A stretch of DNA of 63,493 nucleotides, the filler included, from Licmophora abbreviata (taxonomy: Eukaryota), in NCBI GenBank assembly GCA_900291995.1. It is 7 parts of 7 records of this genome, joined end to end, with 100 filler letters (N's around TTAATTAATTAA, not from the genome) between each part and the next. Parts side by side here need not be neighbours in the genome. Positions count along the whole stretch, not along the records: positions 28,143 to 40,309 come from OLMU01000472.1; positions 40,410 to 42,623 come from OLMU01000475.1; positions 42,724 to 57,535 come from OLMU01000476.1; 4 more parts are not named here. One strand, 5' to 3'. A program made the position numbers and the translations under genes. Below, one piece after another: positions 36,494-47,688 of the stretch. The notes under the pieces were generated by a model that saw only the letters and a list, made by a program, of their open reading frames with translations, was not told where the DNA came from and did no database searches. Numbering within the stretch: the first letter of the stretch is position 1; the number at the start of each line of letters is the position of its first letter.

Positions 36494-37490
36494 ATGTCGG
36501 AAGTACCTCCCACGCGTATGAACCAGCAGATCTTCAAAGGGAAGAAGAAGGCTGCACAGAGTGGACATAAACTGCTTAAAAAGAAGGCGGACGCGTTGAA
36601 GGTATGAGAGATTGAAGGCCAGCTTTTGGCGACCCTCGAATTTCTATATTGCATGATCCATGGGAATACGTATCTTTTGTCTATTTCTGTATTCCGTGAC
36701 CATCGTTTTGTTGTTCAACGCGTTGACTTCTTGTTGTGTTTCATCAATGTGTGATGTTGTAGGTCAAATTCAATGATTACGCCAAGGCGATCGCTGAGAC
36801 AAAGTCGGGCATGTCTTCCGATGCTTCCAGCGCCTTCTTTTCCATGACACAGGCCGAGTATGCGGCAGGAAATTTCAAGCAAAAGGTCGCCGAAGGCACC
36901 TTGCGGCTCGAATTCGTGTGGGAGCCGGTGTCGACAATGTGGCGGGTGTAAAGCTTCCTGTCTTTACCAAGTACGAGACGGGTGCCGCTGCGGATAATCA
37001 GAGTCTAGGATTGGTCGGAGGAGGAAAAAAGATTGTCGCGGTGCGAGAGAAGTTCACCATTCTGTTGGAGATGCTCATCAAGCTGGCATCGCTGCAAACA
37101 AGTTTCGTCACGCTGGATGAAGCTTTGAAAGTGACGAATCGTCGTGTGAATGCTTTGGAGAATGTCACGCTTCCTAAGATCGAAGGTGTTCTTAGCTATA
37201 TTTCTCGTGAGCTGGATGAGCTGGAGCGTGAAGGTATGTTGTTCGGATGGATGGCCTGCGTTGTGCGTGCACACGCTGTGTGACTCACACTCTGCCTTCT
37301 CCGTGTGTGTCGTTTAGACTTCACTCGCTTGAAACTTGTTCAAGGCAAAAAGGAAGAGGAGATTGCAAGAGAAGCAAAGCGTAAGGAAGCCGACAAGGCT
37401 TCTGGAAAGGTTTCTACATACGGGAAGGAGAACGAGGAGGACATTACCGCTCAGTTTGATGCTCAGGACGACGCGGATGTCGTGTTCTAA
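36494..37490 (+). CDS. ATP6V1D: V-type H+-ATPase V1 subunit D; introns 36602..36762, 37234..37317; apparent 1-nt frameshift near 36903
   Basis: PTRM..GHKLLKKKADALK, DNVAGVKLPVF, LASLQTSFVTLDEALKVTNRRVNALE, ELDELERE|DFTRLK. Confidence 0.92.
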
Positions 37491-37674
37491 TGAGAATATC
37501 GCTTGTGTAGATTTATACTGTCGTGCAACACGAAGTGTGATGTGGTCCTCACATCTACGTGGGAAGTAAGACAACTGCAAGAACAATCTTTGGCGCAAAC
37601 GACGACTAAGAATAATCAGTATCAACCTCTTGTTTTTCGGAACCAACCAACAAACAGTAAGAGTGATTAGGCGG

Positions 37675-38646
37675 TTAACCGCTCTTCGACCGTCCTATCG
37701 ATACTTCTTCTTCCTCTGTGGTTTTGTTATTATTGTCGTTGCTCGTTTTCCCGTTCATATCACCAACGGACTTACGTCTTCGCTTGCCCGTGGACTGTTG
37801 GCGTTCCTTCGCCCGTCTCTTCAACTGACTCTCTTCTCTTCTCTTCCGGTGCGCTTCTTCGAACTCCGGAGGTCGAGGCGGAAACTGAACCGTAGAGTAC
37901 GAGGCAATCTCGCGTTCTAAGGCATTCTTGTCCTGCCATTTTACTCTCACCCAAGGTCCGACACCCTCTGCCCGACAAAAGTGAGTACTTGGCTTGTATG
38001 CACCGGTGGCTCGAAATTCTCGACTCTGCTGCTGATATTCCTCTCGTGCCTCTCTCGAAAAAATGTTGTAGTAGTCTTTATCATCTGACGACATACCATG
38101 ATTCCACAGCTTACTTATCTCCTTGACAACTTTGACTTGATTGTGTCGTTCGCTGGGACGATCGTTTCGAATCTTTGTCGTCATTTGAGCAACAAAGACG
38201 ACATAGCCTGACGGTGGCGGTTCGGGAGGCGCCTCCGGCCTATCCTTTGCTCGCGTAATTCGACGTCGTCGTTCTCCTGGAATCCTGGGCTTGTCCCACC
38301 GATCTTCTCCTTTATTTTCGGGCTGCATCGCCCTAGCCCGTCGTTGCAGTGCGCGCTTGAGTTCGGCAATGCGATCGGCGCGAGGGTCTCCGGAAAACGT
38401 CACAACGTGGTCTGTATTAGAGTGGCCACCGGTTGTTCTCAGTACCAAACTACTATTTTGCAAATGGGCAGGACGAAATGCATTGTCCAAACACGACGAA
38501 TCAATCGAAAGTCCAGCACGTTCGGCCAGTACACGAGCATCCTCCAAATCTTGAGAGACCCCACGCACAGTGTCGTCGCACTTTTTCAACAAGCCGTCAA
38601 TCTGATCCTTGCGGAACGAAGATTTCGTGGAGAGTTTTCGAGACAT
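37675..38646 (-). CDS. HMG-box protein
   Basis: PEPPPSGYVVFV..VKVVKEISKLWNHGMSSDDKDYY..AREEYQQQ matches an HMG box; basic NLS-like C-terminus. Confidence 0.8.
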   Translation of the reverse strand: MSRKLSTKSSFRKDQIDGLLKKCDDTVRGVSQDLEDARVLAERAGLSIDSSCLDNAFRPAHLQNSSLVLRTTGGHSNTDHVVTFSGDPRADRIAELKRALQRRARAMQPENKGEDRWDKPRIPGERRRRITRAKDRPEAPPEPPPSGYVVFVAQMTTKIRNDRPSERHNQVKVVKEISKLWNHGMSSDDKDYYNIFSREAREEYQQQSREFRATGAYKPSTHFCRAEGVGPWVRVKWQDKNALEREIASYSTVQFPPRPPEFEEAHRKRREESQLKRRAKERQQSTGKRRRKSVGDMNGKTSNDNNNKTTEEEEVSIGRSKSG

Positions 38647-38993
38647 GGGCGATGATGACAAGCGTCGTAGGTTTGTTTTGAACGATGGGATTGCGATTGT
38701 ATAACGCGGCGAAAGACGTTCATGTCGCTCGGCGGTATCATACGAGTAGAGATGCGAAAAAAGAAAAAAAGCTTGCCCGGTAAAAAGTTGATTTCGAACT
38801 CCCGGATCCGAGCTCGCGTTTAGAACACGAAGAGATGATGAGCGCGATGAGATGAGGCATATCGTTGTCATGCAACACATCGCACACACTCACATACTCG
38901 CCGAGTACACCATGGTAGCAACGGCAGAGATGCGAAACAAGCACTGCCATAAGAAATTCACATATTTCTGGCTTAAATTAGTCGAAGTCCGAC

Positions 38994-39551
38994 ATGAAAA
39001 ACGATGAAGCTGACCGACACTATGCGGACGACCCCGACCTCCGAGCAGTTCAGCAGAGCGCACATACTGCTAGCGCCAAGAAGGACATGTACATGGTTTT
39101 GACCAATATATCGAAGCGAGCCAACGTGCGCTCCTTGCTCTTGACAGCAGCTTCGTTTGGATGCCGCGGAATTTTCGTGGTTGGTCAACCTCAATTCGAC
39201 TGGAGTCCCGACGGAACTGACATTCCAGCCCAACTCAAGCAACACGTTAGAGCCAAAATGCCTATATTAAAGTTTGATCGATGGGGAGATTGTGTTTCCT
39301 ATCTTCACACGAACTATATACTACTCGTTGGAGTGGAGATACATCCCGACGCACAAAATATTGATAGCTTTCATCATGACGGGGACGTTGCGTTCTTGAT
39401 GGGCAACGAGGGCCAGGGGCTTCACAGCAAACACATGGCGTCGTGTGGCGCTTTCGTCATGATTTCACAGTATGGAGGAGGGACTGCGAGTCTTAATGTG
39501 AATGTGGCGGCAAGTATTGTGTTACACCGGTATCACGAGCGAATACGATAG
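38994..39551 (+). CDS. SpoU/TrmH-family (SPOUT) RNA 2'-O-methyltransferase
   Basis: VLTNISKRANVRSLLLTAASFG, FLMGNEGQGL, ISQYGGGTASLNVNVAASIVL. Confidence 0.88.
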   Translation: MKNDEADRHYADDPDLRAVQQSAHTASAKKDMYMVLTNISKRANVRSLLLTAASFGCRGIFVVGQPQFDWSPDGTDIPAQLKQHVRAKMPILKFDRWGDCVSYLHTNYILLVGVEIHPDAQNIDSFHHDGDVAFLMGNEGQGLHSKHMASCGAFVMISQYGGGTASLNVNVAASIVLHRYHERIR

Positions 39552-39968
39552 CAACGTTATTTGTATGCTTGTAGCTTTCATACTTATAGCTTACAATATG
39601 CTGTAAAAACCCTCTCTAGCTATCAATCTTCGTCCGAATATGACCTCGCAATCTCTGCACTAGCGACACCTTATGATTTATATGCATGTCCTACAATCAA
39701 GGCTTTGAAACCTCTACTCATATCTCATCATTAGGTCTCGGACTTCCGTTCTTCTGAAAAGAGACATCGGCGGCAAGGTTGTGTGGTGGCTCATGACCCT
39801 TTCAAACTAGCAATAACCCGGAGCTGCATATCTCGCTACGACGCGATGACGATAACACAACTTCGGCCGTCGCTGCTCACTCTTCGTTCGCGTTGCCGCC
39901 GTCTCGCGGAGCCTGCTTCCCCTATCAATCATCCTTACGAATATCTGAAACTTAAAGTATCGACAAGA

Positions 39969-40244
39969 ATGGGCGGAGGTCATCATCACCACGTCAATCC
40001 GGCTGCCGAGCCAAAGCAGGACCAAGACCTCGAGGCGCTCAAGGCGGCCAAGATTCCATTGGCGTTTCGCGATACTTGCGCTCACTTGCTCATCCCTCTG
40101 AATGAATGTCGTCGCAAGACATTTTTCAGTCCGCACCAGTGCGAGCATGAACGTCATACGTACGAGGAGTGTGGATACTACGCGTATCTTCAGCGAGTGG
40201 AAGCCAAGAAACAAATCGATCAGCTTCGCAAGGAATCTGATTAG
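39969..40244 (+). CDS. NDUFB7: NADH:ubiquinone oxidoreductase subunit B18/NDUFB7
   Basis: AKIPLAFRDTCAHLLIPLNECRR..CEHERHTYEEC (twin CX9C); MG N-terminus. Confidence 0.92.
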   Translation: MGGGHHHHVNPAAEPKQDQDLEALKAAKIPLAFRDTCAHLLIPLNECRRKTFFSPHQCEHERHTYEECGYYAYLQRVEAKKQIDQLRKESD

Positions 40245-40309
40245 AGCTATCTTGCGCTTTAGCAGTTTAAGAATTTCGGGTGGATTTATCTACTTGGTTC
40301 AAAGTACTC

Positions 40310-40409
40310 NNNNNNNNNNNNNNNNNNNNNNNNNNNNNNNNNNNNNNNNNNNNTTAATTAATTAANNNNNNNNNNNNNNNNNNNNNNNNNNNNNNNNNNN
40401 NNNNNNNNN
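40310..40409. other. Artificial scaffold gap
   Basis: N44-TTAATTAATTAA-N44. Confidence 0.98.
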
Positions 40410-41097
40410 ACATCCTTTGCCTCGCCGCCCTTGGCCTTGTTGCGACGCTTTCTCCCACCGCCGTGGTGCTGCTTTCCATGCTGAGCGGCTCGCTCCTCCT
40501 TTTGGATAGTTTCAGAAATGGCGGTCTTCTTGGATGGAGGTGGGGGTGGAGACCTTGCAGATGGGATATCTTCAGCTTCGGTCGCAGTGTTGTCATTCCG
40601 CGGCGTCGGATGTCGTGCATTGTCGGTGTTCTGGGTGTCCTCTGGGAGAGCCGTGAGCGCCTGCGATTCCAACGCAAACGCGCTCGCTGCTCTCTTTCGA
40701 AGCACGCTCCCAGTCGAGAGGTCAAAGGCATCCGCGGTCCCTTGTGGCCGTTGCGTGATAACTTCCAGCACGTGATTGTAAAGATGACGAACTGTCATGG
40801 TGCGATACTCTCGACTCCTACGAGAGCAGAGCAGACGGCACATGATGGATATCGTTAGTCATTGAACGATCGAATCATGAGAGCGACTCAGTTTCTGAAA
40901 CAGTTTGTATGTACTCACCCATCATTGTGAATGACAAAGACAAGACACTCCTGTAGTCGGCTCTGAAGAGCTTCTGCTCGTTGCGATCGGGGGAGAAGAC
41001 TCTTTCGAAAGGTACCACGTGATGCTGCCGCCCTCTGATGAGCACCACCACCACCGCCACCGAATCCCCTGGGCATTCTGTTTGTCATTACTTGCAT
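40410..41097 (-). CDS. 5' part of a gap-truncated gene, possibly an MRS2/CorA Mg2+ transporter N-terminus; intron 40818..40918
   Basis: A GTGAGT...ACTAAC...TAG intron joins ECLVFVIHNDG|SREYRTMTVRHLYNHV in frame and the ORF stays open into the gap. The MRS2 resemblance is weak; no GMN motif is visible. Confidence 0.55.
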
Positions 41098-41594
41098 GCT
41101 GCCTTACGTATAGCGTTCCTGAGATCAAACGTTTTCCAAGACACCTATAATACACGCATCAGCTCCGCTCGAAGGACGGTCCGCTGTCAGTGTTTCCAGC
41201 TACTTTTCTTAGAGAGACAGGACAGCTACAATACCATCCACAATCGCTTCGGATCTTCAAGATAGTCTCGGAGACACAACGAGTCACAGTCGTACGAGCG
41301 ATCCACCGCTACCACTACTATCGCAAAAGCTTCGCAACATCCGCGATTCCATTCGATTCATTCGGTTCGATGCGTTCAACGCCGTCGTGTCACATCATGA
41401 GGCGGCGCGCGCTGATTTTTTCTCGCACAGAGACAAGGAAAAAGGCGCGCCGCCGGTCAACACAAAACGCAATGCGACGACATTCAGATGGTGAAGTGAT
41501 GCCTGCGATGTAAAAGGAAGGTTGGAAGCAACCAAAACCGCATTGTAGTATCATATTGTGGAGACAGCTTCGATCTATAGTAAAGTCACATAGC

Positions 41595-42137
41595 ATGACG
41601 GCATCAGAAAGCACTCATCATCGTTCCCGCCCGCATCACGATGACGAAATCAGTTCGGCGACTCGACCAAATCCTCCACAAACGACGAAGAATGCGGCTC
41701 TTTCCGCCACAAAGAAAAGCCCTCCAGGAGTTCAATACATTGCCATCGTCATGGAACGCCCCGACAATAAAACCAGATGGGGGCTTGAGCTGAAGCACTG
41801 CTATCCGAACATTTGGATCCATGCGGCGAGACCCATCGTGAGGACGTCGTATACGAAATGGACTCATGTCTCCGACACGCCGCCGCCCCCGGAAGCCTAC
41901 TACAGCAGATGTACGACAGACGACGAGTACTTTCAAAGCCAGTTTCCATCAAACTCAAATATTGCTGTTCCCGCAAAGAATCAATGCTTGATTCCTGGCG
42001 ATCTCATCTTGACCATCAATGGAAAACAAGTATTCACTTGTTTCCGCCTGAGGCGACTCACGGAATCTCTGAGAGCGGAGCGGAAACTTATCATTATTGC
42101 CAAGCGACATGTAAAACCATGGTCGGGAGGGCGTTAG
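41595..42137 (+). CDS. Small PDZ-like domain protein
   Basis: IAIVMERPDNKTRWGLEL (carboxylate-loop-like) and LIPGDLILTINGKQV (PDZ GD.I..ING signature). Confidence 0.6.
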   Translation: MTASESTHHRSRPHHDDEISSATRPNPPQTTKNAALSATKKSPPGVQYIAIVMERPDNKTRWGLELKHCYPNIWIHAARPIVRTSYTKWTHVSDTPPPPEAYYSRCTTDDEYFQSQFPSNSNIAVPAKNQCLIPGDLILTINGKQVFTCFRLRRLTESLRAERKLIIIAKRHVKPWSGGR

Positions 42138-42157
42138 CTAGTAGAGTCCATCTTATA

Positions 42158-43547
42158 TTACTGAATAGTAAAGAAGGACAGTTCGTTCGTTCCGTCGTAC
42201 TTGACAGAAGATGATGTTACGTCGTATCCTGCCCGAGACAGGAAGGCAGTCGCGGTCTTGAGGGCAAATGAATTGACGGGGTCCGAACGACGCTGTTGCA
42301 ATGCCTTGCCTGACCATAGAGTAGCGGGAGAGGCAAAGGAAATACAGAATTGAGTGCCAGCGGCACTTTCGATAGACTTGCCAGGTTTTGCTATTGAGAC
42401 ATCTCCGTCCCATGCAAAGCCATTTACAAGAAACAGTTTGACAAGCTGTGCAAGAGATACGACTATCGTTTCTGTGTTTATAGAAGCAAAACGTCTCAGA
42501 CGGTGATGAGCAAGAAGGCGCGCTATGAATGCTTGCAAGGAAAGTAGCCGCATATCGTTCCTCAACTCACCTGCATCCGGTCTGCTTCCATTCGATATCT
42601 TCGGGATGGCACTGTCGGTATCGNNNNNNNNNNNNNNNNNNNNNNNNNNNNNNNNNNNNNNNNNNNNTTAATTAATTAANNNNNNNNNNNNNNNNNNNNN
42701 NNNNNNNNNNNNNNNNNNNNNNNACGAGCCGACTATGTTCTCTTGCCAACATATCATTCGTCAGCGCAGGTTTTCTCTTGACGAGCGTCGATACAAATCG
42801 TTGGGGTTCATCTTGGCCGACATCTTGTGGTTGTTGCTCCTCAAAGACGGACGGTGGGTCTTGTGCAATCTCTCGGGAAATCGTAGCGTACTGGGCAAAC
42901 GAGATAAAATCAAAGTAGTATGGATCTACCAAGTTGCCTTGTTGCACAAAGCCCGGTCCAAGGGCGTCCACGTATGGTTGGTATTCCGCTTGCCGAAGGA
43001 GAAAGAAGTCACGTTGGAACTGATCCTAAAGCATAGAGCGATGATAAAAAAAAGAAGCCCATTACAGATAAGCATCGAAAGTACACCTATCATCCTTTGA
43101 AACGCAAGAAAACTCTATTGCACTCACCATTGCCACACAATCTATCTCGTCCAGAGCATTGTAGGACGACCGCATCAAGAGGACCGCGAAATCGAGGTTT
43201 AACTTGGGTCGCAGGGCTTTCGGAGGCTTCGGTCGAAGGGCACGCTCTGTTCGAGCGGCAAGTCCATCAGCCTCACCAGCGGTCATCGGGACTGCACCAC
43301 GAGCCACATTGGGAAACCCTGTCATGGCTATGAATGGAAACGCAAGGCTAGATACGAGGGTTCGTCGACAGCTATCGGTTTGATCGTCGGAGGTGTCGCT
43401 TTCAAATCCAGTCGATCGAAGTTTCCATATGCATCTTGAACTACCTTGACTAGGCGACTGCTGGAAGCCGATGACAAGGGAACCAATTACGCAGCAGGAT
43501 GCGAGACACCACCAGATCAACACACGTCGTACAAACTGACAGGTCAT
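42158..43547 (-). CDS. Plastid (probably thylakoid lumen) protein of unknown function; intron 43026..43127; interrupted by a gap
   Basis: Signal VIG-F, transit peptide, RRTLV..ARG-A twin-Arg signal; core FAVLLMRSSYNALDEIDCVAM|DQFQRDFFLLRQAEY..QGNLVDPYYFDFISFAQY. Confidence 0.75.
42624..42723. other. Artificial scaffold gap
   Basis: N44-TTAATTAATTAA-N44. Confidence 0.98.
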
Positions 43548-44046
43548 GATGTTACCCGTCGATTTTGCGCGCCAAACTTCTCGGTGAGTTCTTCTCACGA
43601 GATTTCACCTCACCTTGCCTCGAATTGTGTTCTTGTCCTTTGGGCCTTCTGAATTGTGAAATCGATGGTACAGTGCGGCTTAGAGCTGTCATAAGGGCTG
43701 CATCATTGTATGTCCAAGGCTCGTCAGGAAGAAACAGCTCATCATCACACATCACTAACTCACTCTCGCGGCGCGGTCTCGCGCCTCCGATTGCCTCTTC
43801 GATTTCCCGCCGATGACGTCACTGTTGACGCGGCAATCTCCATTATAGTCCAACACAGTCGTTGCATCACCTTTTGACTGCGCCATCTTGACTGTCACTG
43901 CGGCTGACGATGAGTTCGGATACTACAAGGGTATTAACCATTGCAAGCATGTACGGCAAATGATCGGACAAGACACTGACTGCGCAACGAGAGTCGAGTC
44001 TAAGCTACATCATGCTCTTATACAGTTACAGTAGTTCGGCGTCGTC

Positions 44047-44751
44047 TTATAACTCCTGTCTCTCCAAGTATTGTAGATACTGTCTTTCCGCATCGTCTTC
44101 CCCTATTTCAAGTACACTTGAGTCTTCTTGGATGAGCTGTCGCAATAGCCTTAGCAAAAGCTCTGGTCTGTCTACCAACACCTCGCCGTCCTCCAACTCT
44201 TCCGCTACCGCTTCCCATAACTCTGGGTCTTGGTCCTTTAGTGATTCTTCCAGATCATGAACGAGATGAGGATGATCCTCAAGAACTATCAACAAGTGAA
44301 CTGCCATGGCCTTATCGTCTTTTGCCAGCTCATCGGGATCCGCAAACTCGTGTGTTTCCATGTGCTCAAGGTACTCGAGGAAGATACACTCAGCTGCCGC
44401 ATACACGTAATCGTCATGTGTCGGCTCCCTCAACTTTGTCAAATTCCCTGCCTTTTCTTTCACTTGAAGAACCTCTGGAAGTATTTCTTGCTCCATATCA
44501 ATGCCAATCTGGTCGCAAATGTCCAAGAGGGCATACGAGGGGAGGTCCCAAAGTGAACAGAAGTCACTGTGAAGATCGCCATCAATGTTGCAGCTGATAC
44601 CCTCTGCTACTTCATGTTTGGTTTCATTCCATAATATCACAGGTAATCGATGTGGTATTCCTGCTATATATCGTGACGACAGTAGCAGGGTCATAGCGAG
44701 GGAAGCGATTTTGAGGGAGATGCTTCGATTGGGTCTCCATCTTGTTGCCAT
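44047..44751 (-). CDS. Acidic secretory-pathway protein of unknown function
   Basis: Signal-like ISLKIASLAMTLLLSSRYIAG; E/D/L-rich helical body; ends RQEL*. Confidence 0.65.
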   Translation of the reverse strand: MATRWRPNRSISLKIASLAMTLLLSSRYIAGIPHRLPVILWNETKHEVAEGISCNIDGDLHSDFCSLWDLPSYALLDICDQIGIDMEQEILPEVLQVKEKAGNLTKLREPTHDDYVYAAAECIFLEYLEHMETHEFADPDELAKDDKAMAVHLLIVLEDHPHLVHDLEESLKDQDPELWEAVAEELEDGEVLVDRPELLLRLLRQLIQEDSSVLEIGEDDAERQYLQYLERQEL

Positions 44752-45206
44752 TGATCGTCTCTGGTTTCGACACCGCGATCCACCGCGACATCTTTGACTT
44801 GGTAGGGAAGTGATCTCCATCTGTGGTCCCGAAAAGTAGAAAAGATTGCTTGAGCGAGGCGATGGCGGTCTCGGCATTACTTTGAGTCATAATATCGTCG
44901 TCGCGGTGTTTTTCTGCATCCGGGCATTTTGTGATGGAAAATTTGAAAATGTCAATAAACAAGCGTGTTGGGCCTGATTGACTTATTCACTTTCGGACTG
45001 CGACATCAGAGACTGTCCATGGTCAGACCCTGGTACGGACCGAAAAAATCGGAGGCCGACCACTCACACACAGGTGAAAGCGAAGTACTCGATCGTATTA
45101 GTTTCAAGTCGCTGTCAGTTGGCTTGCTTGTTGCAGCGTGCTATCCGAAGTGCCCTGGTATACGTTACAGCCCAATCAACCATTCGAAAAAAGCTTCATT
45201 GCCGCC

Positions 45207-47649
45207 ATGGAAGATGTCATGACAATTACGCCGCTTGGCTCAGGCCAAGAAGTCGGAAGATCCTGTCACATTTTGGAGTTTCGCGGCATGACCATTATGC
45301 TAGACTGCGGCATTCACCCGGGGTATGAGGGCATGAATGGCTTGCCTTTTTTGGATCGAGTCGATCCAGAGCAGATCGATGTCTTATTGATTACGCACTT
45401 TCATTTGGATCATGCCGCGTCGCTGCCCTACTTGACGGAACGAACCAATTTTCGCGGCCGCATCTTTATGACGCACCCAACCAAGGCGGTATTGCGCTTG
45501 CTGCTGGGAGACTATCTACGTCTGTTGCAAATGCGAAATGCCAAACCCGAAGATGTCCTCTATACAGAGGCTGAATTGCAATCGTGTATTGAAAAGATTG
45601 AATTGACAGATTTCCACCAAAACGTCTCTGTCGGTGGACTGACCTTTTATGCCTTGAACGCCGGACATGTCTTGGGGGCTTGCATGTATTGGATGGACAT
45701 TGGGGGCCGAACAGTGCTCTATACGGGAGACTACAGTATGGAGGACGATCGGCATCTAATGGCGGCCGAGATTCCTGCGCAGAAACCGGACGTGCTCATT
45801 GTCGAGTCGACCTATGGAGTCCAAATTCATTCTAGTCGCGCCGAGAGAGAGGCGCGATTTACGGGGACGATTGAACGTGTCATCACTCGCGGGGGACGAT
45901 GTTTGATTCCGGTGTTTGCGCTTGGGCGTGCTCAAGTAAGTGCCAATTGTACGCGCTGTCTCGCTCCCGTCGATAGCGGCATCTGTGCGGACTCCATCAA
46001 CTCATGCATTCTTCACGTCAAATTGTAGGAGCTACTCTTGATTCTGGACGAATATTGGCAGGCGAATCCGCATCTGCAAAGCATTCCAATCTGGTATGCC
46101 AGCAAGCTTGCTTCACGCGCCTTGCGCGTCTATCAGACGTACGCCAACATGATGAATGCACGGATCCGTGCGCAAATGGACATTGGAAATCCGTTTAGCT
46201 TTCGATTCATTCAAAACTTGAAGTCAATCGATGTCAACAACTTTGATGACACGGGACCATCCGTGGTGTTTGCATCGCCTGGAATGTTACAGAGTGGTGT
46301 GTCGCGACAGCTATTTGATAGATGGGCAAGCGACCCCAAGAATGGAGTTATGATTGCGGGTTATGCCGTAGAGCACACTCTTGCCAAGGAGATCATGAAT
46401 CAACCGAAAGAAGTCGTTACTCTCGAAGGACGTCGGCAGGCATTGAATTGCCTTGTGGATTATGTGAGTTTTTCTGCTCACGTGGACTTTGTTCAGAATA
46501 ATAGCTTCATGTCACAAGTGGATCCCAAGCACATTATTCTCGTTCACGGACAGAAGGACGAAATGGGCCGTTTGAAACGAGCGCTGTTGCAACAACACAA
46601 CAAACTACCAGAGGTACGCGTCGTCGTGTCGATGGAAGTGTGTTGTTCTCACTAAGAAACCTAACTCAAACGCCTGGATTACTGGCTCTTTATAGAATAA
46701 GCGCCCTACAGTTACGATGCCGCCGAACCTTCAAGAAGTGAAGCTGAAGTTCGCGCACCGACGCTCTGCCAAAGTCATGGGCTGCCTTGCGGAAAAAGAA
46801 TCAGAACCCAAAGAGGGAGAGGAAGTTCGAGGCGTTCTAGTTACTCACAACTTTCGCTCCAAGCTGGTTGCGCCAGAGGACTTGGCTGTTTACACGCCCC
46901 TGCGTGTCGGCACGTTGTCGTCAAAATTGCATGTACCCTTTGTGGGTTCTGTGTCAACCCTGCAGTTGTTTCTGCATGAAATGTTCGCGGGCGTGAACGA
47001 AACGGAGGACGGGCAGGGTGTCGATGGGGTAACGACCAAGACATTCAGCTTGCATGAAGATCAGGTAAGATACAGATCGAACATGTATTTGACGGGTACT
47101 GTTCACGGACTAGAGCTCATTGTGTTCGCTTATTCATTGTAGATCAAGATTACGGTGGGAAAGACAAGAGGGATCGCGACGGTCGAATGGGACGCCAGTC
47201 CTGCGGGAGATGTGATCGCCGATGCCGTCGTTGCTCTGCTGATGCATGCCCAGAGCAGCACCGCATCGATGCGATTGACGAGCAAGCCATGCCATCACCC
47301 GAGGAGTCTGGACGAAGAAGACAAGCCATCCAAGAAAACACGAGGCGCCGAGAGCACAAGCGAAAGTAGACTACGGCTTGTTCAAGACACTTTGAAGGAT
47401 CAGTTCGAGTCAGTAGAGGCTGTGTTTGAGGGGAACAGTGCTTCGTACGAGATCACTACGGACAGTGGCCTTGAACCAGGATCGCTCGATGACGAAGGTC
47501 ATCTTGTTTGCACGGCCAAGGTTGACTTTGAAGATGAGGAGGGCACTAACGCCAAGATAACTGTCGAGTGCGTGGATACCAAGCTTGCATCGAACGTACA
47601 GGAGTGTCTACGTAATCTTGCTGCTGCAGCAGCTCCGCTGAGCCTATGA
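45207..47649 (+). CDS. CPSF3: Cleavage and polyadenylation endonuclease CPSF73/Ysh1; introns 45936..46028, 46614..46695, 47065..47142
   Basis: PLGSGQEVGRSC, THFHLDH, AGHVLGA, YTGDYS.EDDRHL, ESTYG, PVFALGRAQE, ASPGMLQSG, SFSAH, LVHG; CPSF73 C-terminal domain. Confidence 0.95.
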
Positions 47650-47688
47650 TAAATGCAAACAACACGATAACAATACTGCAAAACTATT

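Noticed and set aside
39969..39992. His-tag-like MGGGHHHH at the NDUFB7 N-terminus
   Set aside because: Only four His in a native genomic context; no vector sequence.
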